Assembly (NCBI GenBank): GCA_043825735.1 | Contig: JBDRRP010000066.1 | Location: 1 to 40,458, forward strand | DNA: 40,458 nucleotides | Reading direction: 5' to 3' | Source: Pseudomonadota bacterium | GTDB taxonomy: Bacteria > Desulfobacterota > Desulfobacteria > Desulfobacterales > JBDRRP01 | Shown here: positions 9,501 to 18,914 of the stretch, piece after piece | Numbering within the stretch: position 1 is the stretch's first letter | Layout of the letters: the number at the start of each line of letters is the position of its first letter | Notes under the pieces: model-generated | What the model was told of the DNA's origin: nothing | Seen by the model: only the letters and a program-made list of their open reading frames with translations | Database searches by the model: none | Translations under genes and position numbers: made by a program

Positions 9501-11717
9501 GGGCAGTTGCGGTCTGATATCCAACGGTGTTTGGTGTTCGGAATCTTGATCTGCACCGGGGTTGATGTCGATTTCAGCTCCGTAAGTGTTTTCAATTCGA
9601 AAATCCAAAAAGCGAGCCTCTTTTCCGGCAGCTGTGTATAGTGCATCGAAGTAGTGGCGGATTTGTTCTCCAGTCAATTCGTCCGGTGGCGATTGTTGGG
9701 GTTGGGAGAATCGATAGTGGAATGCATGGCTGTGGTTCGTCCCTTGAACCGCATCTGAACTCCAAAAGGGGAACAATTCGCTAAATCGATTGCATTGTTC
9801 GCGTCTATTCTCCTTGCCGCTAAATACTGCGTTGAAGGCCTCCCACCTGTGGTAAATGTTCAGGGTGTTGAAGTTTAACAGGTCTTCGCCGATCTCTTGC
9901 TCAGCAACATCGCCGGTAATTAAGGGGTAATCTACACGAATCACTCCCTCGTAGCGGCCTGCGCTGCGCGCAAATGCAAACTCCGAGTCTTTCTTGAAAG
10001 CTGCTGCAACAACCAACTCCTCCCAAGCGCGCTCGTTCTCAATCGGTGGGTCCACTAAGCGCAGTAGTTCGAATTCCACCTCGGGCAGGTCCTGGTGGTC
10101 ACGCAGCTCCCAACGAGGACCGCTGGGGTCGGCCACCACGACCCCGTTCTTAGGTTTTTCAGAGGTCCCCGCCGGCTCGAGGAGGAGGGTGATAGGGTTG
10201 TTGTTGCTATCGCGCCTGGGTAGCAGAACGCTGACGCGGCGCATGGCTGTGTTTCCCTGGTCATTGGTTTTCTGCTTGAATTTAACTAGATATAGAACAA
10301 CTGGAGCCGGCTCCCAGGCGAAATCGTAGCAACCGAGGAAGCGCACTTCGTCAGCACCGATTTCCTTTCCATCTTCATCTAATATCGGATTGTCGGCAAA
10401 ACTACCGGGATCTTTTTCGAGCTCACGTTTGAACTGTGTTACGTCCGTCGGGGTGGGATTGAGCTGGCAGACGATCCATCCAGCCTTGGAGCGCCCACCA
10501 CACCGGTAGCGGAAGAACCGTGCTTCAACGATGTCAGCAACTTCGAATCTAAGATTGCGATTCCAATCAATCGTCAACGATTCAGAGCGCTGATGCACCA
10601 CAACGCGGCTGAGTTCGGATAGCCGCGCGGCGACATCTGCATCCGCGCGGCGTTCGGCCCGTCGACGAAACCAAGGCCTTTTCTTGTCTGCGTTGGTATG
10701 GGCTACCAACTCGATGTCCATTGGCGCAAAGCCGGACATTTGTTCCTCGATATAAACCCGCCGAGCGAATTCGGGACATTCATGTTTGCGAACCTTTGAC
10801 AGCAAATGAGGGTCTACATCGGGCAGTGTTTTGAAATAGTCCCTCAGCCCTTGTATGGCTTCCCTTTCTCCATCCGAGTTTAATATAGAGCTGATCGGTG
10901 GAAGGCTCTCTCCGCCATCATCATAGGTCAAATGTATCACAAGATCGTTTAAAATATTGGTCTGATTCGTGGCATCGTCATAACTCAGAACCTTGAACAT
11001 CAGGCCGTTTAGACTGTGCAGATTGGTGACGCGATAGCTTGAGTCAGCACTCTGATCCAAGGAATCTTCAGGAGTGCCCGTTTCCAGTACCAAGAATTCC
11101 ACGTCACCTGGCTGAACGGTCTTCCCGGCACGAATACGGCGCCTTGTGCCGCCCCAGAAGGCAAGACTGAGTTGATCCGCAAGGTCGGAGATATCACGCT
11201 CTTTGTCGGCTTCCAGATTAGTAAGGGCCTCCTTGAGCGCGTCGTTGTATAGCCCTGCGAATGGAGGCGAATCGCTGTCGTCGATAGCCCACGTGGAAAG
11301 GTCGCGGTTTTCCTTTTGCTGCAAACTGTAAGGCAGAATTTCTCGGTTGTCGCGCTCGAATCCTTCGGCATTCAATATGCGCATTCCGTCTTTACGCGTA
11401 TTATTGTTTTCCCCACTAACCGGACCCGTACCTATCCATTTAATACGCAAATCCACATCGGAAGGAAAATTAACTGGTACAAACTCCCGATCATGGTCAG
11501 ATTCTTTCGAGATGAAGACATATGAGAAATTGCCTCCTTTCTCGCAATTTTCGATGTATGTTTTCAAATCACGGTAGCGTTGATCCACTTGGGCATTAGG
11601 AGGACCATGCAGTTCGACATGTGGCTGCACACAGAGCCAGACAGCAGCATCAGGCTTATCTGGCTCAAACCAACGGTGGGTAAACAAATCCAGTGTGAGG
11701 TATATTTTAGTTTTCAT
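6549..11717 (-). CDS. Giant hypothetical protein, 1722 aa
   Basis: Uninterrupted 5.2-kb ORF; ATGA overlap with the upstream gene at 11714-11717; no signal peptide, TM helix or catalytic motif recognised. Confidence 0.9.
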   Translation of the reverse strand: MKTKIYLTLDLFTHRWFEPDKPDAAVWLCVQPHVELHGPPNAQVDQRYRDLKTYIENCEKGGNFSYVFISKESDHDREFVPVNFPSDVDLRIKWIGTGPVSGENNNTRKDGMRILNAEGFERDNREILPYSLQQKENRDLSTWAIDDSDSPPFAGLYNDALKEALTNLEADKERDISDLADQLSLAFWGGTRRRIRAGKTVQPGDVEFLVLETGTPEDSLDQSADSSYRVTNLHSLNGLMFKVLSYDDATNQTNILNDLVIHLTYDDGGESLPPISSILNSDGEREAIQGLRDYFKTLPDVDPHLLSKVRKHECPEFARRVYIEEQMSGFAPMDIELVAHTNADKKRPWFRRRAERRADADVAARLSELSRVVVHQRSESLTIDWNRNLRFEVADIVEARFFRYRCGGRSKAGWIVCQLNPTPTDVTQFKRELEKDPGSFADNPILDEDGKEIGADEVRFLGCYDFAWEPAPVVLYLVKFKQKTNDQGNTAMRRVSVLLPRRDSNNNPITLLLEPAGTSEKPKNGVVVADPSGPRWELRDHQDLPEVEFELLRLVDPPIENERAWEELVVAAAFKKDSEFAFARSAGRYEGVIRVDYPLITGDVAEQEIGEDLLNFNTLNIYHRWEAFNAVFSGKENRREQCNRFSELFPFWSSDAVQGTNHSHAFHYRFSQPQQSPPDELTGEQIRHYFDALYTAAGKEARFLDFRIENTYGAEIDINPGADQDSEHQTPLDIRPQLPTQVTSPFSNTQIQDGNEDLVGHPPFFTVELTGESILRLKFDRAYLDPMLAKDKPSDIGQEDRSKAAWREAHVQAIRALCELAYAQELELHGRFLAFDYAKALGTDNAKTQLVRGLKEVEGFKGCGWPIQLNDPGVPDRDLKGLSRGLLDDWGTALDCLEITLPVGAHPDITTSCNVVEFSLRLRRRPGAIPDPDKDWAVVRLALRPSKIEPGGPQTEPANISEAFFAEHLKQLSESKGVIAPKDANGEKLLALLSEGDAEAAGAWIVPKGLARLDSRRIMASITPLGFVPIERNRRLTGQTFNLVKLCLRALQTMVSLTPGAWNPGEDGNILSDDKLVEAWKKLFRQFASHEFKDDLKVMVVSLRRVIKPVHLARSLGSDEQPDDEISATIEMLNDTGNEMSKNINKHLEALLVKDIALYANAKALLYTRFRDGDSPQRSLTGQFHHWRTRRSTTAFNLAIKGDGCIQDDSDLAFNEGLSELAGTIGYGFVEVLPDATYSNHFFLQDAQAYSLESLIDVVSSSVKLSTRSLGDIDLETRRVRVPHAKANELNPQVFLPSREPIFEPKVASSQLLTNIQDQKEKSDWSCAYRKDSKRMMNLSKLLSGSIEPEYTQDKPRVSVFAPNTPMRERNPPLDDFLATAVFQVWSDEEDSFSNDAFEFWVEEVDKQNSPVPKVASQSEQFPEDFLKALKALSDAPRIEEYSELKSILPFIAVITQLIVPSQGDRNKPLLFASPDSDPQPDLRLVVNSCEEAPIGESSTTFCLIVDGDGFALTGFFEAYLLKPDEDPNTSPQIGASPYYLLFCVERPIWRPTVIHLRHTRNRKNLHGPDFAPVFGFVSDSLTSTAPQQLPVTVALDKKYRMRAESRRLQWPALESWLIDNGFLSKSSDRVNFELTISLFVEQRTQVLRGYFDDAQRKQEITDNDSVTHLPLSVSTFKSEEQPTALIGLPEPFRDFSIDLQWFTECNRSIFRLSNIRIYVDE

Positions 11718-14700
11718 AGTGCGCCCCCGAGTTTCAGATCATAGTGGACCTGCATGGGCACGCTCACTGAAATGGATTTACAGATCTTAAACCATTTCTT
11801 GCCGATGCAGGCTCGAGCTGAGGCTCGTGCGTAAACGCGGAACCTGACGCGTATTGTACTGGCCATAATAAAGCTTTGATCATTAGGTATGCCAACCCTG
11901 GATAGATGAGGCAATAGTGCCGGATCGCGAACTGAAATAAAGGTGATACTGGCCTCGGCACCGACCACGATTTCAACGCGCAAAGAGATTATCCACCACC
12001 GCAATTCGCCACCGCCTCGTAATACAACGCCGATGGCCCCGCTGAGCCGCAGTGCCAGCATATTACTACCTTCAAGGACCACGATGCCCTCGATGATGGT
12101 GTACAATCCAATGGTTACCCAGACTGTGAAAACACCGCCTCCAAACGATGCTCCCAGACCGCCTTGCAAGCCATAGCCACCGCCTACGGCAAGTATGGAC
12201 CTGGCACCAGGACCGGATCCCAACCTAATCGGAAATGAGATATTTCCTTTCCGGATGTAAAAACCACCCGTGGCCTGAAATGGTGTAACGATGGCACCAA
12301 AGGTACGGTCCCACATACGAAAACCGTTGCGTATCCACGGGAATCCGCAATCCAGCAGGAAGCTACTATCAAAAGAAATACTCAGCGATATGACTCCACC
12401 CATGAAAGTGAAAGCGGGCAATACCACCTTGGGCGCTCGGATTGAGATGACCACGCGATCCTGGCTGGCCATAGGACCTTTTTCGTAAAGTACCGACAGG
12501 GCAAAATCGAAGCCGAACCATTCCTTGAAGATGCCGTTTCCCAACGCGAGCCCGTAATATTTACGGTCCTGGAAGAGAAGACGTCCGTCCAGAAGGTTGT
12601 CATCACTGCCACCTATGCCGAATCCGGCGGCGAACACCCACTCCCCAATGATCGGATCTAAGCTAGTCGGAATGACCTTCTCATAGGGAGCCTCATTAGG
12701 ATTGTTCTTGTCGTAAAGCAGCTCAGCGATTTTTTCGTCTTCTCCAGGTCCAAGGACTTCAACCGACATAATATCTTCTGCCAGCTGAGGGCTTAAGGTC
12801 ACTCCGCGCCCGATCATTATCCAACGAATTGACAGGAATCCACTCACCCTTGTGGGTAGATAGACATAGAAAGCAAGTTTTCCACCCTGCGTAAGGATCA
12901 CGGCAAAACTGAGGTGTTTCACGACTTCCTTGTCGAGGACCAGCAAGCGTACATCTACCCCTTCAATCGCTGTGTAGCGAATCGTTTCACCCGGAAGTAC
13001 CAGAGTTCTTGAGACCAACCCAAGCTTTTTGACAGATACCGTAAGAAAGCGCATTAGATCTAGTTCAAATCGGTTGAACTCAACAGCACTGAGTCCAATT
13101 TGCACCCGACTCCAGAAGTCACCTGAGACACCTTGAAATCCAATTTGAAAATCCAGAAGAAAGCGATTGCTGTTTTTACTGGCCAGTTCAGGCAGAAGGC
13201 CAAAGTCCAGTCGCAAGTCGATGAATAAGGTCGGCAGTGTTATATCAATTGGTTTCGCTGTCGGCAGCTTCATCGGACTCTCCCAATCGATACCATTGCC
13301 ATCGAACGACATCGCGATCGATTTGAGTTTCAGGCTGATTCCGGCTATGCGAAAAGGGTTTAAATCGAGATTAAATTTTAAGGAAGGATAGCTGAACTCG
13401 AGTAAATCGCCCTCCAGTTTTAATCGTTTTGGAATCTTCAACCCAAAACTCTTGAATTCAAGCACCTTGTTTGTATCGAGCTCGAATCCGTCAAAATCCA
13501 ATCCGGGAATTTTGAACTCTCTAAGCCGGATATCACCATCAAGGCTCAGTTGCAGATCTTCACCGGATTTGATTATCTCCACGGACTTTAAGTCAACGCG
13601 TTCGAGAGGTCCTTCTGTTACCGGAGTGTCAGTAAATGGAAAAAGCTTGTAGGGACCGGCAAATTGAGCGAGGAAACGGATTTCGTCGGTCAGCTCATCA
13701 TAGCGCCCGATGATATCTATGGCCTTTTCTCGTGGGTCACCGGTAACCTTTTGAAAACGTATTCCGAAGATACTGTCTACCCACAGTTTGGTTTGTACCC
13801 GTAGATTTTCTAGTTGGTTATCTGCCCATGAAACATCTATCTCTCTGATTTGGAAGCGCGTTTCATGTGTCTCGGAATCGTCTGAGTAATCCAGCGGATC
13901 TATCGGAACACTACCATTTTTCCACAACACGCGTGCAAAATGTGATTGCAGTACTGGTCCATTGTTGCGGGCTTGTTTGGGGGAAACAGCAAGATAGGCC
14001 AACTCCAAATTGACCTTTTTAACATTACTAATTAAATCACCGGCCAAACCAGAAGTATTACCCTGGGTTCCTACGATTGGCACCCGAAATATTATCAACC
14101 CGGCCCATGTCTTATCTGTAAGCTCTCTGTTCAGTAGATCTCCAAACAATTCACGTTGTTCTCCACTACCACCGGGTACTACATATGCTTTCCGCAGACC
14201 ATGCCTGTCGAATATTGATTCAAGCGTTTCATCGCGGGAGAGTTTAACGATGGCAACGGGCAGGTTGGCATCGCCGTTGACCTGTTGATCAGGGCGGTTT
14301 GGCAGGTCACCGGTAAGCATGAAATTGTTGCTGGGATCTACTTTAAAATCTTGAAAATCCTTTGTGTTAAAAATGTTGTCAATCAGGTGATCAGGACGAA
14401 TGATAACGTAGTCCAGTTCTTCCGTCTTGATGTTCAGTTTAAGATTAAAGTGGCCATATCCGTAAACCGTGTCGTAGGGTTCGAAGCGCGGTGTGGATAA
14501 ACTATCACCCTCTTCAGCGTCTACCCCTGTTGTTGGGAAATAGCGTGATTCGGAAACAACGCCAGCGTCTTTCGCGGACTGGAATAGGTACTTGAAACGC
14601 TGTACGATCTCCTGGTCCAGCAGGGTGGGCAATTCACCTACACCGGTGTCGTGTTTGGCGTCCTTGTTATGAATGTGCTTGATCTTGGAAAGTGTGCTTG

Positions 14701-16090
14701 CCTCCGTGTCCCCCACCGCCTTATCCCACTTCGCTTGCTTGGCTTCCGTTACATGTCGGCGGTCGATCAAAGGCAAAACTAACTTTGGACCATGCATGAC
14801 CAGGTTTGCGGCCTGCGTGCTATCGACACCTGTAAATGTCTCACCGGGACAGGCTGTGACGATTTCAAGGTCAGTATCAGATTCAGCTGTGAACTCAATT
14901 ATTGGCAGGACGGTGTCAACCATGAGATCCGCCGATACATTGGCTGGCGGTATGGGCTTGATACCGATCTCCGCGGTGGCGAATACACCGCCAACCCGGG
15001 ATTTAAACCGGGTTCGGCCTATCACGCCATGCAGACCATTTTTATCCAGCCTGTCCTGCTTGCAAGGTCGAATGTCGTTCAACTGAATATTGGGGGCCAA
15101 GCAGAGACTGCCTGGGCGCTGTTGATCTCCTCGGCGCATCGCCAGAGGCAGTTCAGAATTGGACCGCCACTTCATCACAGCGTTGAGAGCGTCGGCGAAT
15201 GCGAAAGTGTTTAGCACCAGTTCCTCTCCAGGTCTTGGTTGCAGCCGAAGTTCCGCCAACTTTGGGATAGCGCCCGTACCTTTGCGCATTTCTACAAACA
15301 ATTCACAAAACTGCGCAGTTAGAGGAACCTGGATGGGATTGAATATAGAGACTGCGCCTGAGGCCCTGTTGTCCGCATTAAGGATAAAAACACTCGAGGG
15401 ATCCGCAGGAGAAAATACACAATTATATCTGGCATTCGCCTCATGTAGCAAGATAGGTCTGCCATGCTTTGAAAATCCACGCCAGCTAAACAAATCTGAC
15501 TGAGTATTGGGCTCATTGACGGCTATTGCAGCGACGCGCACGTTGGCGGAAAAGGCGGCCCGAGTGGGTATCAAATGCCCTGCGGATAGGTCCAGTTCAA
15601 AGCCACCGCTGCTACCACGAACATCGAGCGGGATGAGATTTGGCCTTGGTGCCGAGAATAACGGTATGGATGTGAAGCTCGCCACCAGCTTTCCATCACG
15701 ATTGAAAAAGGCCTTTTCTGGTGGATCACCGACAAGACGCAGAGCTCCCAACGAAATACACCATGGGCTCCCTGGGTCGCTGCCGTTAAAGATCCGGAAG
15801 TTGAACCCGGCATTATCAGAGATGGGATCATCAGCGGGTATTAAAAGATCTGGCGCTCCCGACGCGGGTGTTAACAGTACATCCGTGATAATGATTTCAA
15901 TCTGGGTATTTGAGATTCCGGCAATCAATTCCAGATCGGCATACCATTTGTCACCAACGAATCCAACTTGACCGACCAGTTTCTTAATATTCAGATGTGG
16001 CGCGCCTACCGGCAGGTCCATTTCTCCGCCGGGTTGTCCAGGTATGTTCTGATGAATCGGGAAAAACAGGCCGAATAGGCGTAGTCGCAT
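11714..16090 (-). CDS. Giant beta-rich hypothetical protein, 1458 aa
   Basis: Uninterrupted ORF with GGAGG RBS (16096-16100). The C-terminal half consists of alternating hydrophobic and Gly-rich beta-strand-like segments. No signal peptide. Confidence 0.9.
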   Translation of the reverse strand: MRLRLFGLFFPIHQNIPGQPGGEMDLPVGAPHLNIKKLVGQVGFVGDKWYADLELIAGISNTQIEIIITDVLLTPASGAPDLLIPADDPISDNAGFNFRIFNGSDPGSPWCISLGALRLVGDPPEKAFFNRDGKLVASFTSIPLFSAPRPNLIPLDVRGSSGGFELDLSAGHLIPTRAAFSANVRVAAIAVNEPNTQSDLFSWRGFSKHGRPILLHEANARYNCVFSPADPSSVFILNADNRASGAVSIFNPIQVPLTAQFCELFVEMRKGTGAIPKLAELRLQPRPGEELVLNTFAFADALNAVMKWRSNSELPLAMRRGDQQRPGSLCLAPNIQLNDIRPCKQDRLDKNGLHGVIGRTRFKSRVGGVFATAEIGIKPIPPANVSADLMVDTVLPIIEFTAESDTDLEIVTACPGETFTGVDSTQAANLVMHGPKLVLPLIDRRHVTEAKQAKWDKAVGDTEASTLSKIKHIHNKDAKHDTGVGELPTLLDQEIVQRFKYLFQSAKDAGVVSESRYFPTTGVDAEEGDSLSTPRFEPYDTVYGYGHFNLKLNIKTEELDYVIIRPDHLIDNIFNTKDFQDFKVDPSNNFMLTGDLPNRPDQQVNGDANLPVAIVKLSRDETLESIFDRHGLRKAYVVPGGSGEQRELFGDLLNRELTDKTWAGLIIFRVPIVGTQGNTSGLAGDLISNVKKVNLELAYLAVSPKQARNNGPVLQSHFARVLWKNGSVPIDPLDYSDDSETHETRFQIREIDVSWADNQLENLRVQTKLWVDSIFGIRFQKVTGDPREKAIDIIGRYDELTDEIRFLAQFAGPYKLFPFTDTPVTEGPLERVDLKSVEIIKSGEDLQLSLDGDIRLREFKIPGLDFDGFELDTNKVLEFKSFGLKIPKRLKLEGDLLEFSYPSLKFNLDLNPFRIAGISLKLKSIAMSFDGNGIDWESPMKLPTAKPIDITLPTLFIDLRLDFGLLPELASKNSNRFLLDFQIGFQGVSGDFWSRVQIGLSAVEFNRFELDLMRFLTVSVKKLGLVSRTLVLPGETIRYTAIEGVDVRLLVLDKEVVKHLSFAVILTQGGKLAFYVYLPTRVSGFLSIRWIMIGRGVTLSPQLAEDIMSVEVLGPGEDEKIAELLYDKNNPNEAPYEKVIPTSLDPIIGEWVFAAGFGIGGSDDNLLDGRLLFQDRKYYGLALGNGIFKEWFGFDFALSVLYEKGPMASQDRVVISIRAPKVVLPAFTFMGGVISLSISFDSSFLLDCGFPWIRNGFRMWDRTFGAIVTPFQATGGFYIRKGNISFPIRLGSGPGARSILAVGGGYGLQGGLGASFGGGVFTVWVTIGLYTIIEGIVVLEGSNMLALRLSGAIGVVLRGGGELRWWIISLRVEIVVGAEASITFISVRDPALLPHLSRVGIPNDQSFIMASTIRVRFRVYARASARACIGKKWFKICKSISVSVPMQVHYDLKLGGAL

Positions 16091-16116
16091 AATAACCTCC
16101 CCTACCGCGGAGTATT

Positions 16117-17367
16117 TCAGTTATTATCATTGATTGCTTGCCAAATTACGATGTCCTCTGCCGCAACCAATGTATTTTCTTTGTCTAATTTCGGAAGCAC
16201 TAATGGGTGCTTATTAGTCCATACAATTTCATACCCGTCGCAAAATCGAATTTCAAACCGAGATCCGTCAGATTGTCGTGCATAGGTTATATCGGGGTTG
16301 TCTTCATGCTTATAAGGAAAATAACGGTCGCGCCGTGATAGACCCATAACCGTGATACCGAGGTCCCGTTCAATATCGGCCACGCTATAGTAAAAAGGGA
16401 TATAGCGATAACCAGCCTGGCCGACCAAGCGTATCGGTACTTTTAATTCCAAAACGGCTCTTGGGGCCACCACCGTATCTTTCAAGCGAAGCAGTTCTTC
16501 AATAAGGAGGTTCCCCTTTATATCTTTCTCATTTCCTTCATTTTTGATGGTAAGCTTACTGCCTTCTTTTACGATAAGGCTTTGCAAACCGATGGTTGGG
16601 CTGCCCAGCCAAACGTTTGGATAAGGAGGATCGCTGCATTCGCTGTACGACATCGGAGGCCGGGTAAAAAAGGGATCATTCCCAAAATTGAAGAACGTGG
16701 CTTGCTTATAGCTGTTCACACAGCGTTGATTCGTATCTCCATCAATTTTCGGAACTGGCACTTCAAATTCAAGAAAAATAGTGGAGTTACAGTCCTTTGC
16801 CTCGAAATCAATGGCCTGCCCCTCGGTGGCTAAATAACGATACCACGAGGGTGTGCCACGCATTAACGCAGAATTTTTATCGGAAGGATCAGGTGTAGAA
16901 AACTCTAGCTTCATCGAATTGATTGCTTTGCCAATAACTTTTTCCGCATAAGCTTGGAAAAAATCCTCCGGATTATCCGAAAAGTTTGCACGCATATTTT
17001 GGCCGATTTCTCTCATGCATACAACCGCGTCAAAAGGATTTCCGGTCTCATCGAATGGCATTTTTGCTGCAGAAACCATGGATGTTAGAAGTAGAAAATC
17101 TTTGCGCGCGTATTGTTGTGGCGACGGAATTTTCCATCTGAATGCAGCAGGCAATGCTGAGATGGAGTTCTCGTACTGTGTCTTCAGCGCTATGCTGGTA
17201 GTGACCAGAAGCATACCCGGGCCGGGTTTTACTTGAGGCTTGAATTTGCCTAAGTTGCTTTTGGATAGGTAATCCAGACCGCGGCTTAGAGTTATGGGCG
17301 ATTTAAGAGGCGTTCCGCAACCGGTTAAGAAAACAGCCAATGTAAGAAGCAAACCGATAGTTTTCAT
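16117..17367 (-). CDS. Putative lipoprotein of unknown function
   Basis: MKTIGLLLTLAVFLTGC signal peptide with lipobox (start at M10 of the 425-aa ORF); ends 26 nt before the giant gene. Confidence 0.8.
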   Translation of the reverse strand: MKTIGLLLTLAVFLTGCGTPLKSPITLSRGLDYLSKSNLGKFKPQVKPGPGMLLVTTSIALKTQYENSISALPAAFRWKIPSPQQYARKDFLLLTSMVSAAKMPFDETGNPFDAVVCMREIGQNMRANFSDNPEDFFQAYAEKVIGKAINSMKLEFSTPDPSDKNSALMRGTPSWYRYLATEGQAIDFEAKDCNSTIFLEFEVPVPKIDGDTNQRCVNSYKQATFFNFGNDPFFTRPPMSYSECSDPPYPNVWLGSPTIGLQSLIVKEGSKLTIKNEGNEKDIKGNLLIEELLRLKDTVVAPRAVLELKVPIRLVGQAGYRYIPFYYSVADIERDLGITVMGLSRRDRYFPYKHEDNPDITYARQSDGSRFEIRFCDGYEIVWTNKHPLVLPKLDKENTLVAAEDIVIWQAINDNN

Positions 17368-17525
17368 TTTTTCGATCTCCAGTTTCAAATTCATTGTGAT
17401 GAGGCAATCACTAAATCGGTATTTGCCAGTTACGGATACTCGGTAGGCTTATTAGAGAATCCTATCCAAGACGCCAAAACCATATCGTATCTGATCCTGG
17501 ATATTGCGCATTTATGCCTTTTGTC

Positions 17526-17833
17526 TCATCCCACAGATAAATTTATGAAGGCGATACGAACGTTTGAGTCATGCGGATCGAAAGCACTGTGGATCCAGAA
17601 GGAAAACTCAGTATTTGCACCTGCCTCGCTTTCCCAGCGAGAGGCAGTCTTGTACACTCGTTTCTGTAATTCGATCGAATCCTCGATGAAAGCAATGGTT
17701 ATTCTCGTTAGCTGACCCCACCATTGTTCGTTTAGCAGTGCCGCACGGCGGCCGCCTTTCCCCGTTGTTTAGGCAGGGATTTAGGGCACAGGCAAGGGAG
17801 AACGTTCATGAATTTTTGTTCTTGCGTCTCCAA
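17526..17833 (-). pseudogene. Astacin/M12A-like metallopeptidase N-terminal remnant
   Basis: TTG start with AGGTGG RBS gives ETQEQKFMNVLPCLCPKSLP. After a frameshift it reads RRAALLNEQWWGQLTRITIAFIEDSIELQKRVYKTASRWESEAGANTEFSF..SNVRIAF, then a stop. No HExxH follows. Confidence 0.6.
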
Positions 17834-17862
17834 TCTTTCCACCTATCGGTTAGGCGTCCCAA

Positions 17863-18792
17863 TTATACTGCTATTGATGCGTAGGTGACCTTGTCCCGGT
17901 CATCCTTTGAGAAAGAGTAATTTATAGTTGTTCCCATTTTGCCATTAGGTCGAATGAGTTCATTCTCACTACCCCAGTAAGCTGTAGGATATTTATCGAA
18001 GGCAAGCGGTCCTTTTACAACAACGACAACATGGCCGTGGGCAGAACCAAGTTCAGCTGATGTCATGCCGGCTACCACGAATTTACCATTTACGGCCGCG
18101 AAGGCCGCCGCCTGCCCATCATGTTTGTGTTGGGTCCAATTGGCACCCCTAATTTGATTTACGATATCATCTGCGTTTCCGCTTAATAATACATTAAACG
18201 TATTGCCCACAGCACTCACAAACTTGTTACAGTAGTTGGCGTTTTCCTCTATCTCGCGTAACTCCTTACAAGCTTGAATGATCTGGTCGGCCTTGTTCTT
18301 TGCTTTTACATCAAGTGGTTGCGGGAATTGAGCCGCCGTCGGCGCATGAACTTGTGCAGATCCTGTATTTATAGTTACGAGAGGAGCCATTTGGGGGGAG
18401 GCTCCGACTGGAAAGTTGCAGTGGCAAACGGGTTCAGCAATCATTGGGCGAATTGAAGGGGCTACTTCACCTGGAACATACCAAGGGCCTTCGGGTTTTT
18501 TCCGGCGGCCGTCTAAAAACCAATCGTTGTTAAAATTTTCAGAGCGGGTTACATGTATAAGCAGTGTTGTAAAATAGCCGAAAAAACCTATGAAAAGACC
18601 GATCCCATAGGCGCCAAACAACGTCTTGTCATTACCGAAAAGCTGAAGGACGCTTGCTCCACCCACAACACCAATAACTGTGGTGATGTCGGAGAACTGA
18701 ACCTCGCCTTTCCGGTAACGATTCACATAATACACATACCAGCCGATAATCGCCCCAAATGCGCCTGCACCGACAAGGTGTAAATGTGCCAT
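17863..18792 (-). CDS. Membrane protein with C-terminal CHAP/NlpC-P60-like Cys-His domain (putative peptidoglycan amidase)
   Basis: Three N-terminal hydrophobic helices, a Pro/Ala-rich linker, then NYCNKFVSAV..NADDIV..GKFVVAG..HGHVVVVV..YPTAYWGS. Confidence 0.65.
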   Translation of the reverse strand: MAHLHLVGAGAFGAIIGWYVYYVNRYRKGEVQFSDITTVIGVVGGASVLQLFGNDKTLFGAYGIGLFIGFFGYFTTLLIHVTRSENFNNDWFLDGRRKKPEGPWYVPGEVAPSIRPMIAEPVCHCNFPVGASPQMAPLVTINTGSAQVHAPTAAQFPQPLDVKAKNKADQIIQACKELREIEENANYCNKFVSAVGNTFNVLLSGNADDIVNQIRGANWTQHKHDGQAAAFAAVNGKFVVAGMTSAELGSAHGHVVVVVKGPLAFDKYPTAYWGSENELIRPNGKMGTTINYSFSKDDRDKVTYASIAV

Positions 18793-18914
18793 ATTATTTA
18801 TCCTTTTTTCTTGAAAAAAAGCATGTGTAAAAATTCACGATACGAAGGGAGAATGGCGGCCGTAAACGAATTTATAAAAATATTATGTTGAGCGAATATT
18901 GATCCATAAGCATC

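Noticed and set aside
6549..16090. T6SS, eCIS, RHS, RTX or Tc toxin assignment for the giant proteins
   Set aside because: No YD/RHS repeats, GGxGxD repeats, PAAR/VgrG or sheath motifs recognised.
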